Assembly: GCA_963839545.1 (NCBI GenBank) | Contig: CAWIVE010000004.1 | Coordinates: 159,429 to 223,428 of the forward strand | Length of the DNA stretch: 64,000 bases | Direction of reading: 5' to 3' | Source of the DNA: an uncultured Actinomycetes bacterium | Lineage (GTDB): Bacteria > Actinomycetota > Acidimicrobiia > Acidimicrobiales > CADCSY01 | Part shown: one piece after another, positions 11,848-22,577 of the stretch | Numbering within the stretch: position 1 is the first letter of the stretch | How the letters are laid out: the number at the start of each line of letters is the position of its first letter | Notes under the pieces: generated by a model | Database searches by the model: none | Seen by the model: only the letters and a program-made list of their open reading frames with translations | Told to the model about the DNA's origin: nothing | Program-made: the position numbers and the translations under genes

Positions 11848-12397
11848 GCGAGCCCCGGTTCCCGGAGCTGGTCGCCCACCTGCGGGAGCACGCGGTGCGG
11901 ACCAACGGCTTCACCCTCAAGTCGGGGAAGACCAGCCAGTGGTTCATCGACGCCAAGCAGACGACGTGCCGGCCCGACGGGATGCTCCTGGTGGCCGACG
12001 CCCTCCTGTCGGTGCTCCCCGAGGACGTCACCGCCATCGGCGGCCTGACCATGGGCGCCGACGGCGTGGCCTTCGGGACCGCCGGGGTGGCCGCCGCCCG
12101 GGGCGGGCGCTGCGCAGCTTCAGCGTGCGCAAGGAGGTCAAGGACCACGGCGGCGGGGGCCGCATCGCCGGCGCCCTCGAGCCCGGCGACCGGGTGGCGA
12201 TCACCGAGGACGCGGTCACCCGGGGGGTCTCGATGCTGGAGGCGGCCGACGTGGTCCGGGAGGCCGGAGCGGAGCCGGTGTGCCTGGTCCCGGTGGTCGA
12301 TCGGGGCGGGACCTGCGGCGCCATGGCGGCCGATCGCGGGCTCGTCTACGTGCCCCTCGTCACGGCTCCCGACCTCGGTTTCCCGTACGAGGGATGA
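11844..12397 (+). CDS. pyrE: Orotate phosphoribosyltransferase (frameshift near 12105)
   Basis: FTLKSGK, GGLTMGAD, VRKEVKDHG, TEDAVTRGVS. Confidence 0.88.
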
Positions 12398-12531
12398 CCA
12401 TCCACTCCTTTGCGCTGGGGGACGGCGTAGGTTTGCGGACGATTCGTACACGACGGGTGTCCGTGTACTTCGCAGCCACCCTGCCCCCTCACCAGGACGA
12501 GCCCCCCATGCCGGCACAGAAAGAGCGAGCC

Positions 12532-12762
12532 ATGGCCCAGACCGACGACCCCGATGCCCCGGACGCCCTGCTCACGCCTTCGGAGGTCGCCCAGCTGTTC
12601 CGGGTCAACCCGAAGACGGTGACGCGGTGGGCCCGGGCAGGCAAGCTCACCGCCATCCGCACCCTCGGCGGCCATCGGCGCTTCCGGGCGTCCGAGATCC
12701 GGCGTTGCCTCGAGGACCTGTCCTCCGAGGAAGCGCCGGGCACCGACGGCACCCGCACCTAG
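12532..12762 (+). CDS. bldC: BldC-family (MerR-like/HTH_17) transcriptional regulator
   Basis: LLTPSEVAQLFRVNPKTVTRWARAGKLTAIRTLGGHRRFRASE closely matches BldC. Confidence 0.9.
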   Translation: MAQTDDPDAPDALLTPSEVAQLFRVNPKTVTRWARAGKLTAIRTLGGHRRFRASEIRRCLEDLSSEEAPGTDGTRT

Positions 12763-12784
12763 CGGGGCCGGCTCCGGCCGGCAC

Positions 12785-14203
12785 GTGGCCAGTCCCAACC
12801 CGGCCTACTCGGTCCGCTTGCGGGTCGAGGTGGGCAACACCCCGGGGTCGCTGGGGCGACTGGCCACGGCCATCGGCGAGGCCGGCGGGAACATCGCCGC
12901 CCTCGACATCGTCGAGGCCACCACCACGGCGGTGGTCGAGGACGTCACGGTCGACGCCCGGGACGAGGACCACGCCGCCGCCATCCGGGCGGCGGTGGAG
13001 GCCCTCGACGGGGTGCACGTCCACAGCGTCCTCGACCGCACCTTCCTGCTCCACGTGGGCGGGAAGATCGAGGTCCGGTCCAAGATCCCGCTGCGGGACC
13101 GGGCCGACCTCTCGATGGCCTACACCCCCGGCGTGGCCCGGGTCTGCAACGCCATCGCCGCGGACCCCGACCAGGTCCACACCCTCACCATCAAGCGCAA
13201 CACGGTGGCCATCGTCACCGACGGCACGGCGGTGCTCGGCCTCGGGGACATCGGGCCCGAGGCCGCGCTGCCGGTGATGGAGGGCAAGGCCCTCCTGTTC
13301 AAGGAGTTCGCCGGGGTCGACGCCTTCCCCATCTGCCTGCGGGTGGACCGGGAGGACCCGGCCGGCGCCGATCAGCTGGTCGAGGCCGTCGAGCGGCTCG
13401 AGCCCGTGTTCGGCGGCGTCAACCTGGAGGACATCGCCGCCCCCCGCTGCTTCGACGTGGAGGAGCGGCTGAAGGCGAGCCTCGGCATCCCCGTCTTCCA
13501 CGACGACCAGCACGGCACCGCCGTCGTCGTCCTGGCCGCCCTGCGCAACAGCCTCCAGGTGGTGGGCAAGCGCATGGAGGACCTGAAGGTGGTCATCGCC
13601 GGGGTGGGGGCGGCCGGCGTGGCCATCGCCCGCATCCTGCTGGAGGCCGGGGTGCCCAACGTGATCGGCGTCGACCGCAAGGGCGCCGTCTACGACGGGC
13701 GCAGCGACCTCAACGCCGCCAAGCAGTGGTTCGCCGAGCACACCAACCCGGAGTCCCGCAAGGGCGCCCTCCACGAGGTGCTGCCCGGCAGCGACGTGTT
13801 CGTGGGGGTCAGCGGGCCCGGGCTGCTGCTGCGGGACGACCTGCGGGTGATGAACCGTGACCCGGTCGTCTTCGCCCTGGCCAACCCCGACCCGGAGATC
13901 GTCCCGGAGACGGCCGCCGGGATGTGCTCGGTGCTGGCCACCGGCCGCAGCGACTACCCGAACCAGATCAACAACGTGCTCTGCTTCCCCGGCATCTTCC
14001 GGGGAGCCCTCGACGCCGGGGCCTCCAGCATCACCGAGGGCATGAAGCTGGCGGCGGCCGACGCCATCGCCGCTGCCGTCAGCCCCGCCGAGCTGTCGCC
14101 CAACTACGTGGTGCCGAGCGTGTTCAACAAGCGGGTGGTCGAGCTCGTGGCCGCCCAGGTGGCGGCCGCCGCCCGCGCGGAGGGCGTGGTCCGCTCCGCC
14201 TGA
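12785..14203 (+). CDS. NAD(P)-dependent malic enzyme with N-terminal ACT domain
   Basis: [52 protein letters not shown]. Confidence 0.93.
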   Translation: MASPNPAYSVRLRVEVGNTPGSLGRLATAIGEAGGNIAALDIVEATTTAVVEDVTVDARDEDHAAAIRAAVEALDGVHVHSVLDRTFLLHVGGKIEVRSKIPLRDRADLSMAYTPGVARVCNAIAADPDQVHTLTIKRNTVAIVTDGTAVLGLGDIGPEAALPVMEGKALLFKEFAGVDAFPICLRVDREDPAGADQLVEAVERLEPVFGGVNLEDIAAPRCFDVEERLKASLGIPVFHDDQHGTAVVVLAALRNSLQVVGKRMEDLKVVIAGVGAAGVAIARILLEAGVPNVIGVDRKGAVYDGRSDLNAAKQWFAEHTNPESRKGALHEVLPGSDVFVGVSGPGLLLRDDLRVMNRDPVVFALANPDPEIVPETAAGMCSVLATGRSDYPNQINNVLCFPGIFRGALDAGASSITEGMKLAAADAIAAAVSPAELSPNYVVPSVFNKRVVELVAAQVAAAARAEGVVRSA

Positions 14204-14222
14204 CGCCGGATGCGCCGGCTGG

Positions 14223-15707
14223 TCACTTCGTCGCGCACCCCCGGGCCCGCATGTCGTCCGACTGGAGGGCACCACCCTCCAGGTGGAAGGCGGAGTCGTA
14301 GTAGAAGGACAGCAGGTTGCTCGTGCACGCCCCGCCGATCCGGTAGGGCACGTTGCCGGCGAAGGGATCGGTCGGGTGCGCGGCGGCCCGCTGGGGGTCG
14401 TAGGTCCCCGCGCCGATCGAGTGGCGATCGGAGGAGTCGTCGAAGGTGAGGGCCGTGAGGCGGGCCCGAGCCCGCCGATCGCCCTTCAGGTACCGGTCGA
14501 ACCACGCCAGTGAGTAGTAGAAGGCCACCCGCTCGCCGTTGCGGCTCGCCGGGAAGTCGGCCGGCGTGGGCTGGTACCCGAACTCGTAGTGGTCGCTGGC
14601 GCGCGTGGTGACCGCCATCACGTCGACGCCGGCGGCCGCCAGCTGGTCGAAGGCGCCGAGGCGCCGCCTCGGCGGCGGGGCGCTCGTCATCGGTGCCCCG
14701 GTGGCGGGGAAGTCGTAGTCGGTGCCGAAGAACAGCGCCGGCGTGCGCCGCGGGGTCGCCGGGTCCAGGAGCAGGTCGAGGTTGTCGTAGGCGACGACGG
14801 CGTCGACCCGTGGGTCCTGCTGCCCGATCGGGGTGACGGCGATGGCGCCGAGCGAGTGCCCGGCGATCCCGAGGTGGTCCCGGTCGACGTTCTGCCAGAA
14901 GGGGTTGTACGTCGGTGTCCCCGCCGCGTTGGTCCCGAGGGCCCAGGGGTACGGGCTCGACGGCGTCGACAGGACGAAGTCGATGGCGGAGCTGGTGTCG
15001 ACGGGCTGGTTCGTCGTCGGGCACGTCGTCTGGGTGCCGTCGGGGGTGTGACCGCAGTTCTCGCTGTCACCCTGCCCCTGCGGGTCGATGATCAGGACGA
15101 CGTACCCGGCCTCCGCCATCCCCTCGGCGAACCAGGCGTTGACCTCGTTGTACGACTGGAGGCCGGGGGTGAAGGTCAGCGCCGGGTACCGCCGGGTCGT
15201 CGAGAGGGGGGCGAACAGGCGGGCCCGGAGCTTGGCGCCGTTGCGGTTGATGATGGAGAACTTGCGCTGGCGGCCCCGTCCGCTCGCCGCCCACTCCTCG
15301 GGGCTGCGGAACGGGTCGGCCACCTTCGCCTGCGGGCTGGTGCAGCAGTTGACGTGGATGCGGTTCGGCTCGGCCGCCCACTCGGCCTGCGTGGCGGTGA
15401 ACTCCGCGATCTCGATCGCGGTCTGCTGCGCGTTCTTCTCCTGGAAGGCCGGGCTCGTCTGGGCGTCGTTCCGCCGCTGGTACGAGCAGCCGACGTTGTT
15501 GAGGTCACGAGCGGTCCACGCCGGCGTGCCCGGGTCGGGATCCCCGGCGTACTGGTCGCACACGCCGGCCGCGGTGTTCGGCGGCACCGGTTGCGTGGCC
15601 GGGGCGGCCGCGCCCGGCAGGGCGGTGGCGAGCGCCAGCGCCGAGCCGCCGAGGAGCGTCGTCAGGGCGGAGGACAGGCGTCGGGTCCGGGCATGCAACG
15701 CCGGCAC
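14223..15707 (-). CDS. Secreted alpha/beta hydrolase
   Basis: Signal-peptide-like N-terminus; IDPQGQGDS; GHSLG nucleophile elbow. Confidence 0.8.
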   Translation of the reverse strand: MPALHARTRRLSSALTTLLGGSALALATALPGAAAPATQPVPPNTAAGVCDQYAGDPDPGTPAWTARDLNNVGCSYQRRNDAQTSPAFQEKNAQQTAIEIAEFTATQAEWAAEPNRIHVNCCTSPQAKVADPFRSPEEWAASGRGRQRKFSIINRNGAKLRARLFAPLSTTRRYPALTFTPGLQSYNEVNAWFAEGMAEAGYVVLIIDPQGQGDSENCGHTPDGTQTTCPTTNQPVDTSSAIDFVLSTPSSPYPWALGTNAAGTPTYNPFWQNVDRDHLGIAGHSLGAIAVTPIGQQDPRVDAVVAYDNLDLLLDPATPRRTPALFFGTDYDFPATGAPMTSAPPPRRRLGAFDQLAAAGVDVMAVTTRASDHYEFGYQPTPADFPASRNGERVAFYYSLAWFDRYLKGDRRARARLTALTFDDSSDRHSIGAGTYDPQRAAAHPTDPFAGNVPYRIGGACTSNLLSFYYDSAFHLEGGALQSDDMRARGCATK

Positions 15708-15723
15708 CGTACCGATTCCGGGC

Positions 15724-16173
15724 TCAGGCCGCTTCGGCCCCCGCCTTGAGCCGCTCCAGGGTCTCGGCCATGCCCCGCCGGACGATGGCGTCCGGATCGC
15801 GACCGAGCAGGCGCAGGGCGTAGGCCAGGCGCACGGACGGCGGCTTGGGACCGACCTCCTCCCGGTACTCGGTGACGCGGGTGCCCCCGTCGACGGGATC
15901 GAACCGGTAGCCCCAGCGCATCCCCGACCTGTCGACCTCCCAGGCGAAGTGGCGGGGCTCGTCGGCCACCTCGACGGTGGACACCGTCGACCACCGCAGG
16001 AGGCCCCGCTTGTTGCGGCCCTTGAAGCGGGCCCCCACCACCGGTCCCGACGATCCGTCGACCCACGTGCACTCGTAGCACTCCGGGCTCCACCGCCCCA
16101 TCGACGTCACGTCGGTGAGCAGCCCCCACACCCGCTCGGGCGGGGCGGCGATGTCGATCGAGGTCTCGTCCAC
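15724..16173 (-). CDS. SRPBCC/polyketide cyclase family protein
   Basis: IAAPPERVW, RWSPEC, VGARFKGRN, WGYRF. Confidence 0.88.
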   Translation of the reverse strand: MDETSIDIAAPPERVWGLLTDVTSMGRWSPECYECTWVDGSSGPVVGARFKGRNKRGLLRWSTVSTVEVADEPRHFAWEVDRSGMRWGYRFDPVDGGTRVTEYREEVGPKPPSVRLAYALRLLGRDPDAIVRRGMAETLERLKAGAEAA

Positions 16174-16271
16174 GGGCGGGATGATGGCACCGGGCCCCTC
16201 GGCCCGCCCTACCCCGCCCCGGCCCGGCCGCCTACCGTGGGCCCGCGGGGCGAGGTGGAGGAGGGGCGGTC

Positions 16272-18359
16272 ATGGGGGCTCGACGTGCGCTGGTGTTCGC
16301 AGGACTGCTGCTGACCCTGTTCCTGGTCCGGATCGGTCCCGTCGACGCCGCCAACATCACGGTCACCACGACGGCCGACGAGACCATCGCCAACGGGCAG
16401 ACGTCGCTGCGGGAGGCCTTCACCACCGCCAACGGCAACGGGCAGAACGACACCATCACCCTCCAGGCCGGCGCCGACTACGAGCTCGACTTCTGCGTAG
16501 CCGGCCCGCTGACCCACACCGCCCCCCACAGCCTCACGATCCAGGGTGGGGCCGGCACCAGCCTCCACAACACCTGCATCGAGTCGCAGACCATCGTCGA
16601 CAACGACACCACCGCCGGGCTGACGATCAACTCCCTCGAGATGATCGGCTTCCTGGTCGACGACAGCGCCTTCGTCGACGGCGCCGCCATCGACGTCGCC
16701 GAGGGCGGACCCCTCACGCTCAGCGGCGTCGAGATCCACGGCTTCTCGTCGGGCGGCGGCTCGATCGTCAACGGCCCGGACTTCGCCAGCGGCTCCGTCA
16801 CGAACTCGGAGATCTGGGGCAACGAGGGCACCGGCTACACGGGCTCCTTCGGCGGCCTCACCCTCACGAACTCGGAGGTCCGCGACAACGACGGCCGCGG
16901 CGTCGCCCTGGTCGACGGCACCCCGCTCACCATCTCGGGCTCGTCCGTGAACGACAACACCGGGTCGGGGGCCACCACCACCGGGCAGGGCCACACCGAC
17001 GCCACCATCACCAACTCCCACTTCGACGGCAACGGCGACCTCGGCTTCTCGTGCAGCGCCTGCGACCAGGTCAGCATCAGCGGCTCGACGGTGGCCGGCA
17101 ACGGGCAGGACGCCACCACCGGCGCCGGGTTCGGCGGGGGTGGGATCAAGGTGGCGTGGGACGTCGACGGGCTCGAGGACGCGCCGGTGCTGAGCATCAC
17201 CAACTCGACCGTCGCCTTCAACCGGGCCGTCCACTCGGGCGGCGGTGTGGCGGTGACGATCCTCGAGGCCTCGGAGCCGGCCGCAGCGGCCCCGGCACTC
17301 AACGTCTCGGGCTCGAACATCAGCGCCAACCTCACCGAGCTCGACCTCGACATCGACGGCGCCGGCATCTACGCCGAGCTGGGGAACATCTCGGTCACCA
17401 ACGGCTCGACCATCAACAACAACCACGCCGGCCCGGCAGGCGGCGCGACGTCGGCCGAGGGCGGCGGCATCTGGCAACGCGACCTCGCCGCCATGGACGG
17501 CGCCCGCAGCCTGTCGATCACCAACTCGACCGTGAGCGGCAACGAGGCCAACGGCATCGGCGGGGGCGTCTACGCCGCCCACAGCGGCACCGTCTCGGTG
17601 ACGGGCTCGACCCTCGACGACAACCTGGCCGGCGGCGGCAGCGGCGGCGCCATGGCCACCTTCGGCACCGCGACGACGGTGACCACGTCGAAGGTCCAGG
17701 GCAACGACGCCGACACCGGCGGCGGCCTGGCCCACACCTCCTTCTCCGGCTTGCCGGTGGGGTCCCTGACCGTCGAGCGCTCGACCCTCAGCGGGAACAC
17801 GTCGTCGTTCGCGGCCAGCGGCGGCGGCGGCATCTTCGTCAACGTCGGCGGCGCCGGCGCGCTGGCCACCGTGCGGAACTCGACGGTGACGGGCAACACC
17901 TCGGCCAACTTCGGCGGCGGGATCATGGTCATGCAGACGTCCCGCCTCACGGTCAACCACGCCACCGTGGTCGACAACACGGGTGCCACCGGCGCCAACG
18001 TCTACGTGGCGGCCGGGGACTTCCGCACCAGGCGGGCGGCCATCGCCCTCCCCCACGGGAGCGGCAACTGCGCCTTCTTCTCGGCCGCGACCGTGAGCGA
18101 GGGCTTCTCGTGGGCCGACGACGTCACATGCAACCTCGGGGGCACCGACGTGGAGGCGCCCGGCGTCAACCCCCAGCTCGCCGCGCTGGCCAACAACGGC
18201 GGGCCGACGCCCACCCGCAAGCCCTCGCCGAGCACCCCGCTCGACATCGTCCCCGCCGGGTCGTGCACCATCGGCATCGACCAGCGGGGCACGGGCCGCC
18301 CGCTCGGCCCCAACTGCGAGGCCGGGGCCGTGGAGATCGACGAGACCGCCTCGAAGTAG
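16272..18359 (+). CDS. Secreted beta-helix surface protein (CSLREA-like N-terminus, GGGI repeats, choice-of-anchor Q C-terminus)
   Basis: Signal peptide; VTTTAD...SLREA; repeated NST(V/L)SGN...GGGI; LANNGGPTPT...DQRG...CEAGAVE. Confidence 0.85.
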   Translation: MGARRALVFAGLLLTLFLVRIGPVDAANITVTTTADETIANGQTSLREAFTTANGNGQNDTITLQAGADYELDFCVAGPLTHTAPHSLTIQGGAGTSLHNTCIESQTIVDNDTTAGLTINSLEMIGFLVDDSAFVDGAAIDVAEGGPLTLSGVEIHGFSSGGGSIVNGPDFASGSVTNSEIWGNEGTGYTGSFGGLTLTNSEVRDNDGRGVALVDGTPLTISGSSVNDNTGSGATTTGQGHTDATITNSHFDGNGDLGFSCSACDQVSISGSTVAGNGQDATTGAGFGGGGIKVAWDVDGLEDAPVLSITNSTVAFNRAVHSGGGVAVTILEASEPAAAAPALNVSGSNISANLTELDLDIDGAGIYAELGNISVTNGSTINNNHAGPAGGATSAEGGGIWQRDLAAMDGARSLSITNSTVSGNEANGIGGGVYAAHSGTVSVTGSTLDDNLAGGGSGGAMATFGTATTVTTSKVQGNDADTGGGLAHTSFSGLPVGSLTVERSTLSGNTSSFAASGGGGIFVNVGGAGALATVRNSTVTGNTSANFGGGIMVMQTSRLTVNHATVVDNTGATGANVYVAAGDFRTRRAAIALPHGSGNCAFFSAATVSEGFSWADDVTCNLGGTDVEAPGVNPQLAALANNGGPTPTRKPSPSTPLDIVPAGSCTIGIDQRGTGRPLGPNCEAGAVEIDETASK

Positions 18360-18365
18360 CGGGGG

Positions 18366-18810
18366 TCAGAAGTCCCAGATGGTGGGGGTGTCGGCGAAGT
18401 CGTCGTCGTCCAGCCCGAACACGCGGCGGGGGTCGATCCGGACGGTGGCGTTCACCTCCGGGTCGAGGAAGGCCACGTCGTAGGTCACGTCGTACTTGGC
18501 GTTCATCAGGTCGACGACCCGCTGGAGGACGGCGAGATCGGTGACGACGATGGCTCGACCCTCGACGACCACCGGCTGCATCGCCCCTTCGGTGGTGACG
18601 ACGCAGCGGGGATCGGCCCGGAGGTTCCGGATCTTGCGGGAGCCCACGGCGCTGCTGAACCAGAGGGCGCCGTCGTCCCACATGGCCCACACGGGCATGG
18701 CGTGGGGACGGCCGTCCGGCCACGTGGTCACCAACCAGTCGTTGCGGGGGGCGGCAAGGCGCTCCTCGGCCCAGACCCTCGTCGGGGCCGGCGATGCCGT
18801 AACCGGGCAT
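18366..18810 (-). CDS. PPOX-class (pyridoxamine 5'-phosphate oxidase-like) flavin/F420 protein (frameshift near 18775)
   Basis: TTWPDGRPHAMPVW, SRKIRNLRADPRCVV; N-terminus MPGYG in another frame. Confidence 0.8.
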
Positions 18811-18934
18811 GTACGGGCGACGGGCGGCCGGGGTCCCCACGCAGCGCTCTTCGCCCACGCTCGCCCCCGCTCGCCCAGCGCCGCCGCGCCGGTGCCCCGG
18901 TGCGCCGCGGAGCCGACCCGTAGCCTCCCGGGGC

Positions 18935-20279
18935 ATGGCCGCGGCCCCCGACACCCGCTACACCAGCGCCGGGGGCCAGCGGGTGGCCTACAACGTCACC
19001 GGGACCGGACCCCCCGACCTGGTCTTCGTCCCCGACTGGCTGAACAACGTGGAGCTCGCCTGGGACGTGCCGTCCGAGGCCCGCTACCTCGAGCGCCTGG
19101 CCTCGTTCAGCCGGCTCATCTCGCTCGATCAGCGGGGCACGGGGCTCTCCGACCCGGTGCCGCTCGACGCCCTCCCCACCCTCGAGGAGTGGATGGACGA
19201 CGTGCGGGCGGTGAGCGACGCCGCCGGGGCCGAGCGGCCCGCCCTCATGGGGTTCGGCGGCGCCGGGCCGATGTGCCTGCTCTACGCCGCCACCTACCCG
19301 GACCGGGTCAGCGCCCTCGTGCTGCACCAGACCTGCGCCGCGGGTCCGCCGTGCACCGGAGTACCGAGCCGGCATCCCCGACGGTGCCGCCGACTTCTTC
19401 CTCGCCTTCGTGCGCGACCACTGGGGCTCGCCCGAGTGGTTCGACCTGGTGGCCCCCGGCACGGCGTCGGACCCCCACCTGCGGGCGGCTCTGGCCCGGG
19501 TCCAGCGGCAGTCGGCCAGCCCCGGGTCGGCGCTCGCCATGATGCGCATGGTCGTCGACGTCGACGTCCGGTCCGTCCTGCCCACCATCGCCGTGCCCAC
19601 GCTGGTGGTCCATCGCCGGGACGACGCCGTGATGCCCGTGGGGCACGGCCGGTACCTCGCCGAGCACATCCCCGGCGCCCGCCTGGTCGAGGTGCCCGGT
19701 CGTGACTACCTGTACTTCGTGGGTGACCCGACGCCGGCACTCGACGAGATCCAGGAGTTCCTGACCGGGGTGCGGGAGCAGGCGGTGCCCGACCGGCAGC
19801 TGCTGACGGTCCTGTTCACCGACATCGGCGACTCGACCCGGCTCGCCACCGAGCTCGGTGACCGTGCCTGGCGCGACCTGCTGGAGAGCCACCACGCCGC
19901 CGTCCGCCGCCAGCTCGAGCGCTTCCGGGGCCGGGAGGTCGACACCGCCGGCGACGGCTTCTTCGCCACCTTCGACGGCCCGGCTCGCGGCATCCGCTGC
20001 GCGCAGGCCATCGTCGACGCCGTGCGCCCCCTCGGCCTCTCCGTGCGAGCCGGCCTCCACACCGGCGAGTGCGAGGTCATCGGCGACAAGGTCGGCGGCA
20101 TCGCCGTGCACGTCGGGGCCCGGGTGGCGGCGGCGGCCTCGCCCGGCGAGGTGCTGGTCTCGGGGACCGTCCGTGACCTCGTCGCCGGCTCGGGCATCCC
20201 CTTCACCGATCGGGGCCGCCACCCGCTCAAGGGCCTGCCCGGGGAGTGGCCGCTCTGCGCCGTGGGCGCCCCGGCCTGA
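18935..20279 (+). CDS. LipJ/Rv1900c-like alpha/beta-hydrolase plus class III adenylate cyclase (frameshift near 19350)
   Basis: DQRGTGLSDP hydrolase fold; VLFTDIGDST, TAGDGFFATF, RAGLHTGE, GIAVHVGARV. Confidence 0.88.
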
Positions 20280-20378
20280 TCGGGGTCGCGGCCTCGGTCA
20301 GATGGGGATCAGGATCGGGACCTGCGGACGTAATGGTGCGATGACCCACGGGCAACCCGGCGTCCGTAGGTTCCCGTC

Positions 20379-20891
20379 GTGGCCGAGGTGGCGTCACGAC
20401 CGATCGTCCTGCGCTGGCCGGAGGAGCACGAGCTCCGGGCCGCGCTGCGCGCGGCCGGGGTGCCTCGTCTCCTGATCACCGACGACAGCAGGTCCGTGCC
20501 GACCGACGGGGGCCCGCTCGAGGACTGGGTGAGCTCGTCCGCCGGCTCGGAGGAGATCGAGACCCGCACCACCGCCCTCGCCCACCGGGCTCGCAACGGC
20601 ACGCGCGCCTCGCCCACCGTCGACGACGACGACCTCCTGCGGTTCGGGGACCGGTGGGTCGCCCTCGGGGCCCTGGAAGCCCGCATGGCCCGCCTGCTGG
20701 TCGAGCGGTTCGGCGCCGTGGTCCGCCGGGCGGAGCTCACCCGGGCGGCGTGGGGCGAGGCGGTGCTCCCGGCCAACAGGACCGATGCGGCGATCCACCG
20801 CTTCCGCACCCACGCCGCGACCATCGGGCTGCGCGTCGTCACCGTGCGCAGCAGGGGCTACATGTTGTCCGACCCTGCCGCACCGTCCTGA
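20379..20891 (+). CDS. OmpR-type winged-helix regulator with short atypical N-terminal domain
   Basis: LGALEARMARLL...VVRRAEL...W...TVRSRGYML. Confidence 0.75.
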   Translation: MAEVASRPIVLRWPEEHELRAALRAAGVPRLLITDDSRSVPTDGGPLEDWVSSSAGSEEIETRTTALAHRARNGTRASPTVDDDDLLRFGDRWVALGALEARMARLLVERFGAVVRRAELTRAAWGEAVLPANRTDAAIHRFRTHAATIGLRVVTVRSRGYMLSDPAAPS

Positions 20892-20925
20892 CGTCAGGGA
20901 TGCGTCAGGCGCTCGTCCACCAGTG

Positions 20926-20952
20926 GTCACGTTCAGAGAACAGTCACGCAAC
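20926..20952 (+). promoter_or_regulatory. Putative GlnR box upstream of amtB
   Basis: GTCAC-gttcagaga-AC-agtcacgca-AC: three AC at 11-bp spacing, fitting the AC-n9-AC motif. Confidence 0.45.
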
Positions 20953-21014
20953 GCGCCACTCCTATCGTCCGCGCCGAGTCCCGGAACCGCCGGGTGGGAG
21001 ACGGAAGGACCAAT

Positions 21015-22577
21015 GTGACAAGACTGCGAAGGCGCGCGGTCGCCGCTGCAGGCATCGCCGCCGTGGGACTCGTCGCGACGGCGGGGCCTGCACTGGCGCA
21101 GACCTCACCGACCGTCGAGAGCGTCGATGAAGGGCTGTCCCTCCTCGGCACGCAGATCAACCTGCTCTGGGTCGTCATCGGGGCGGTGCTCGTCGTGTTC
21201 ATGCAGGCGGGCTTCGCGCTCGTCGAGACCGGGTTCTGCCGGGCGAAGCACGCCGCGCACGTGGTGTCGACCAACTTCGCCATCTTCGGTCTCGGGTTCA
21301 TCGGGTTCTTCTTCGTGGGCTACGCCTTCGCCTTCGGCGGCTTCAGCACCGCGCTGATCGGACTCGACGAGCCCACCGGCGGAGCCTTCATCGGTTCCGG
21401 GGAGTGGGTGTTCCTCTGGAAGGGCGGGTTCGCCTTCGCTGGTGTGAAGCCCGAGCTCCTGGCCGCCACGAGCGGCTTCTTCCTCTACATGGTCGCCTTC
21501 ATGGACACCGTGGCCACCATCCCCACGGGCGCCATGGCGGAGCGGTGGAAGTGGAAGAGCTTCGTGGTGTGGGGGCTCTTCTGCGGCGCCCTCTACTACC
21601 CGCTGTTCGCCGCCTGGACCTGGGGCGGCGGATGGATCAGCCAGCTGGGCAACAGCCTCGAGCTGGGCTTCGGCTACGTGGACTTCGCCGGCTCCGGCGT
21701 CGTGCACGCCGTGGGCGGGGTGGCGGCGCTGGCCGGCGCACTCGTGCTCGGACCCCGCATCGGGAAGTTCGGCAGGGACGGGAAGCCCCGGGCGATGCCC
21801 GGGCACCACATCCCCATGGCCCTCCTCGGGACCTTCATCCTGCTGTTCGGCTGGTTCGGCTTCAACGCCGCCTCGACCTTCGCGGCCACCGACATCCAGT
21901 TCGCCACCGTGGCCCTCAACACGGCCATCGCCGGCGCCTTCGGCGGGATCGTCGCCATGGTCTGGATCACCCGGCGGACCGGCAAGCCCGACCCGGGGAT
22001 GATGGCCAACGGCATGCTGGCCGGTCTCGTCGCCATCACCGCCCCCTGTGCCTTCGTGCAGCCCTGGGCGGCGGCGGTCATCGGGGTCATCTCCGGTGTC
22101 GTGGTCATCGAGGCGGTGTTCTTCGTCGAGCGCAAGCTCAAGGTCGACGACCCGGTCGGCGCCATCGCCGTCCACGGCGTGAACGGCTCGCTCGGCGTGC
22201 TGTACGTCGGGATCTTCTCCTCGGGGATGTACGGCGCCGGCTGGAACCTGACGACGAAGGGCTCGGCCGCGACGGCCGAGGGCGTCACCGGGATCCTCTA
22301 CGACGTCAGCCTCGGCGCCAAGCAGCTCGCCGCCCAGGCCATCGGCGTGGCGGTGATCTGGACGGTGATCTTCGGGATCGCCTTCGCCTTCTTCAAGATC
22401 CAGAACGCGCTCACCAAGGGCGGCATCCGGCCCGACGCCGAGGATGAGCTGGCGGGCATGGACCTCCCGGAGATGGGCGTGCTGGCCTACCCCGAGTTCA
22501 ACGGGAGCGCCGGCTCGCTCGACGTGAGCGGCACGGCCGAGAGGGTCGGGTCGGAGGAGAAGGTCCTGAGTCCATGA
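21015..22577 (+). CDS. amtB: Ammonium transporter
   Basis: FMQAGFALVE, GAMAER, DFAGSGVVH, GWFGFN, DDPVGAIAVHG (twin His). Confidence 0.95.
   Translation: MTRLRRRAVAAAGIAAVGLVATAGPALAQTSPTVESVDEGLSLLGTQINLLWVVIGAVLVVFMQAGFALVETGFCRAKHAAHVVSTNFAIFGLGFIGFFFVGYAFAFGGFSTALIGLDEPTGGAFIGSGEWVFLWKGGFAFAGVKPELLAATSGFFLYMVAFMDTVATIPTGAMAERWKWKSFVVWGLFCGALYYPLFAAWTWGGGWISQLGNSLELGFGYVDFAGSGVVHAVGGVAALAGALVLGPRIGKFGRDGKPRAMPGHHIPMALLGTFILLFGWFGFNAASTFAATDIQFATVALNTAIAGAFGGIVAMVWITRRTGKPDPGMMANGMLAGLVAITAPCAFVQPWAAAVIGVISGVVVIEAVFFVERKLKVDDPVGAIAVHGVNGSLGVLYVGIFSSGMYGAGWNLTTKGSAATAEGVTGILYDVSLGAKQLAAQAIGVAVIWTVIFGIAFAFFKIQNALTKGGIRPDAEDELAGMDLPEMGVLAYPEFNGSAGSLDVSGTAERVGSEEKVLSP

Noticed and set aside
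98-12397. Frameshifts in purD, purB, purS, purL, purF, purM, pyrE (and serS, sdhC) as pseudogenisation or programmed frameshifting
   Set aside because: Scattered single-base indels in GC-rich runs, including in essential serS, with motifs intact on both sides; best explained as long-read errors
16272-18359. Internal repeats as a CRISPR or tandem DNA array
   Set aside because: These are protein-level beta-helix repeats; no constant repeat-spacer array was seen anywhere in the window
20312-20326. GGATCGGGACCTGCG as a fifth att copy
   Set aside because: Only about 12 nt match in very GC-rich DNA and lacks the shared flank
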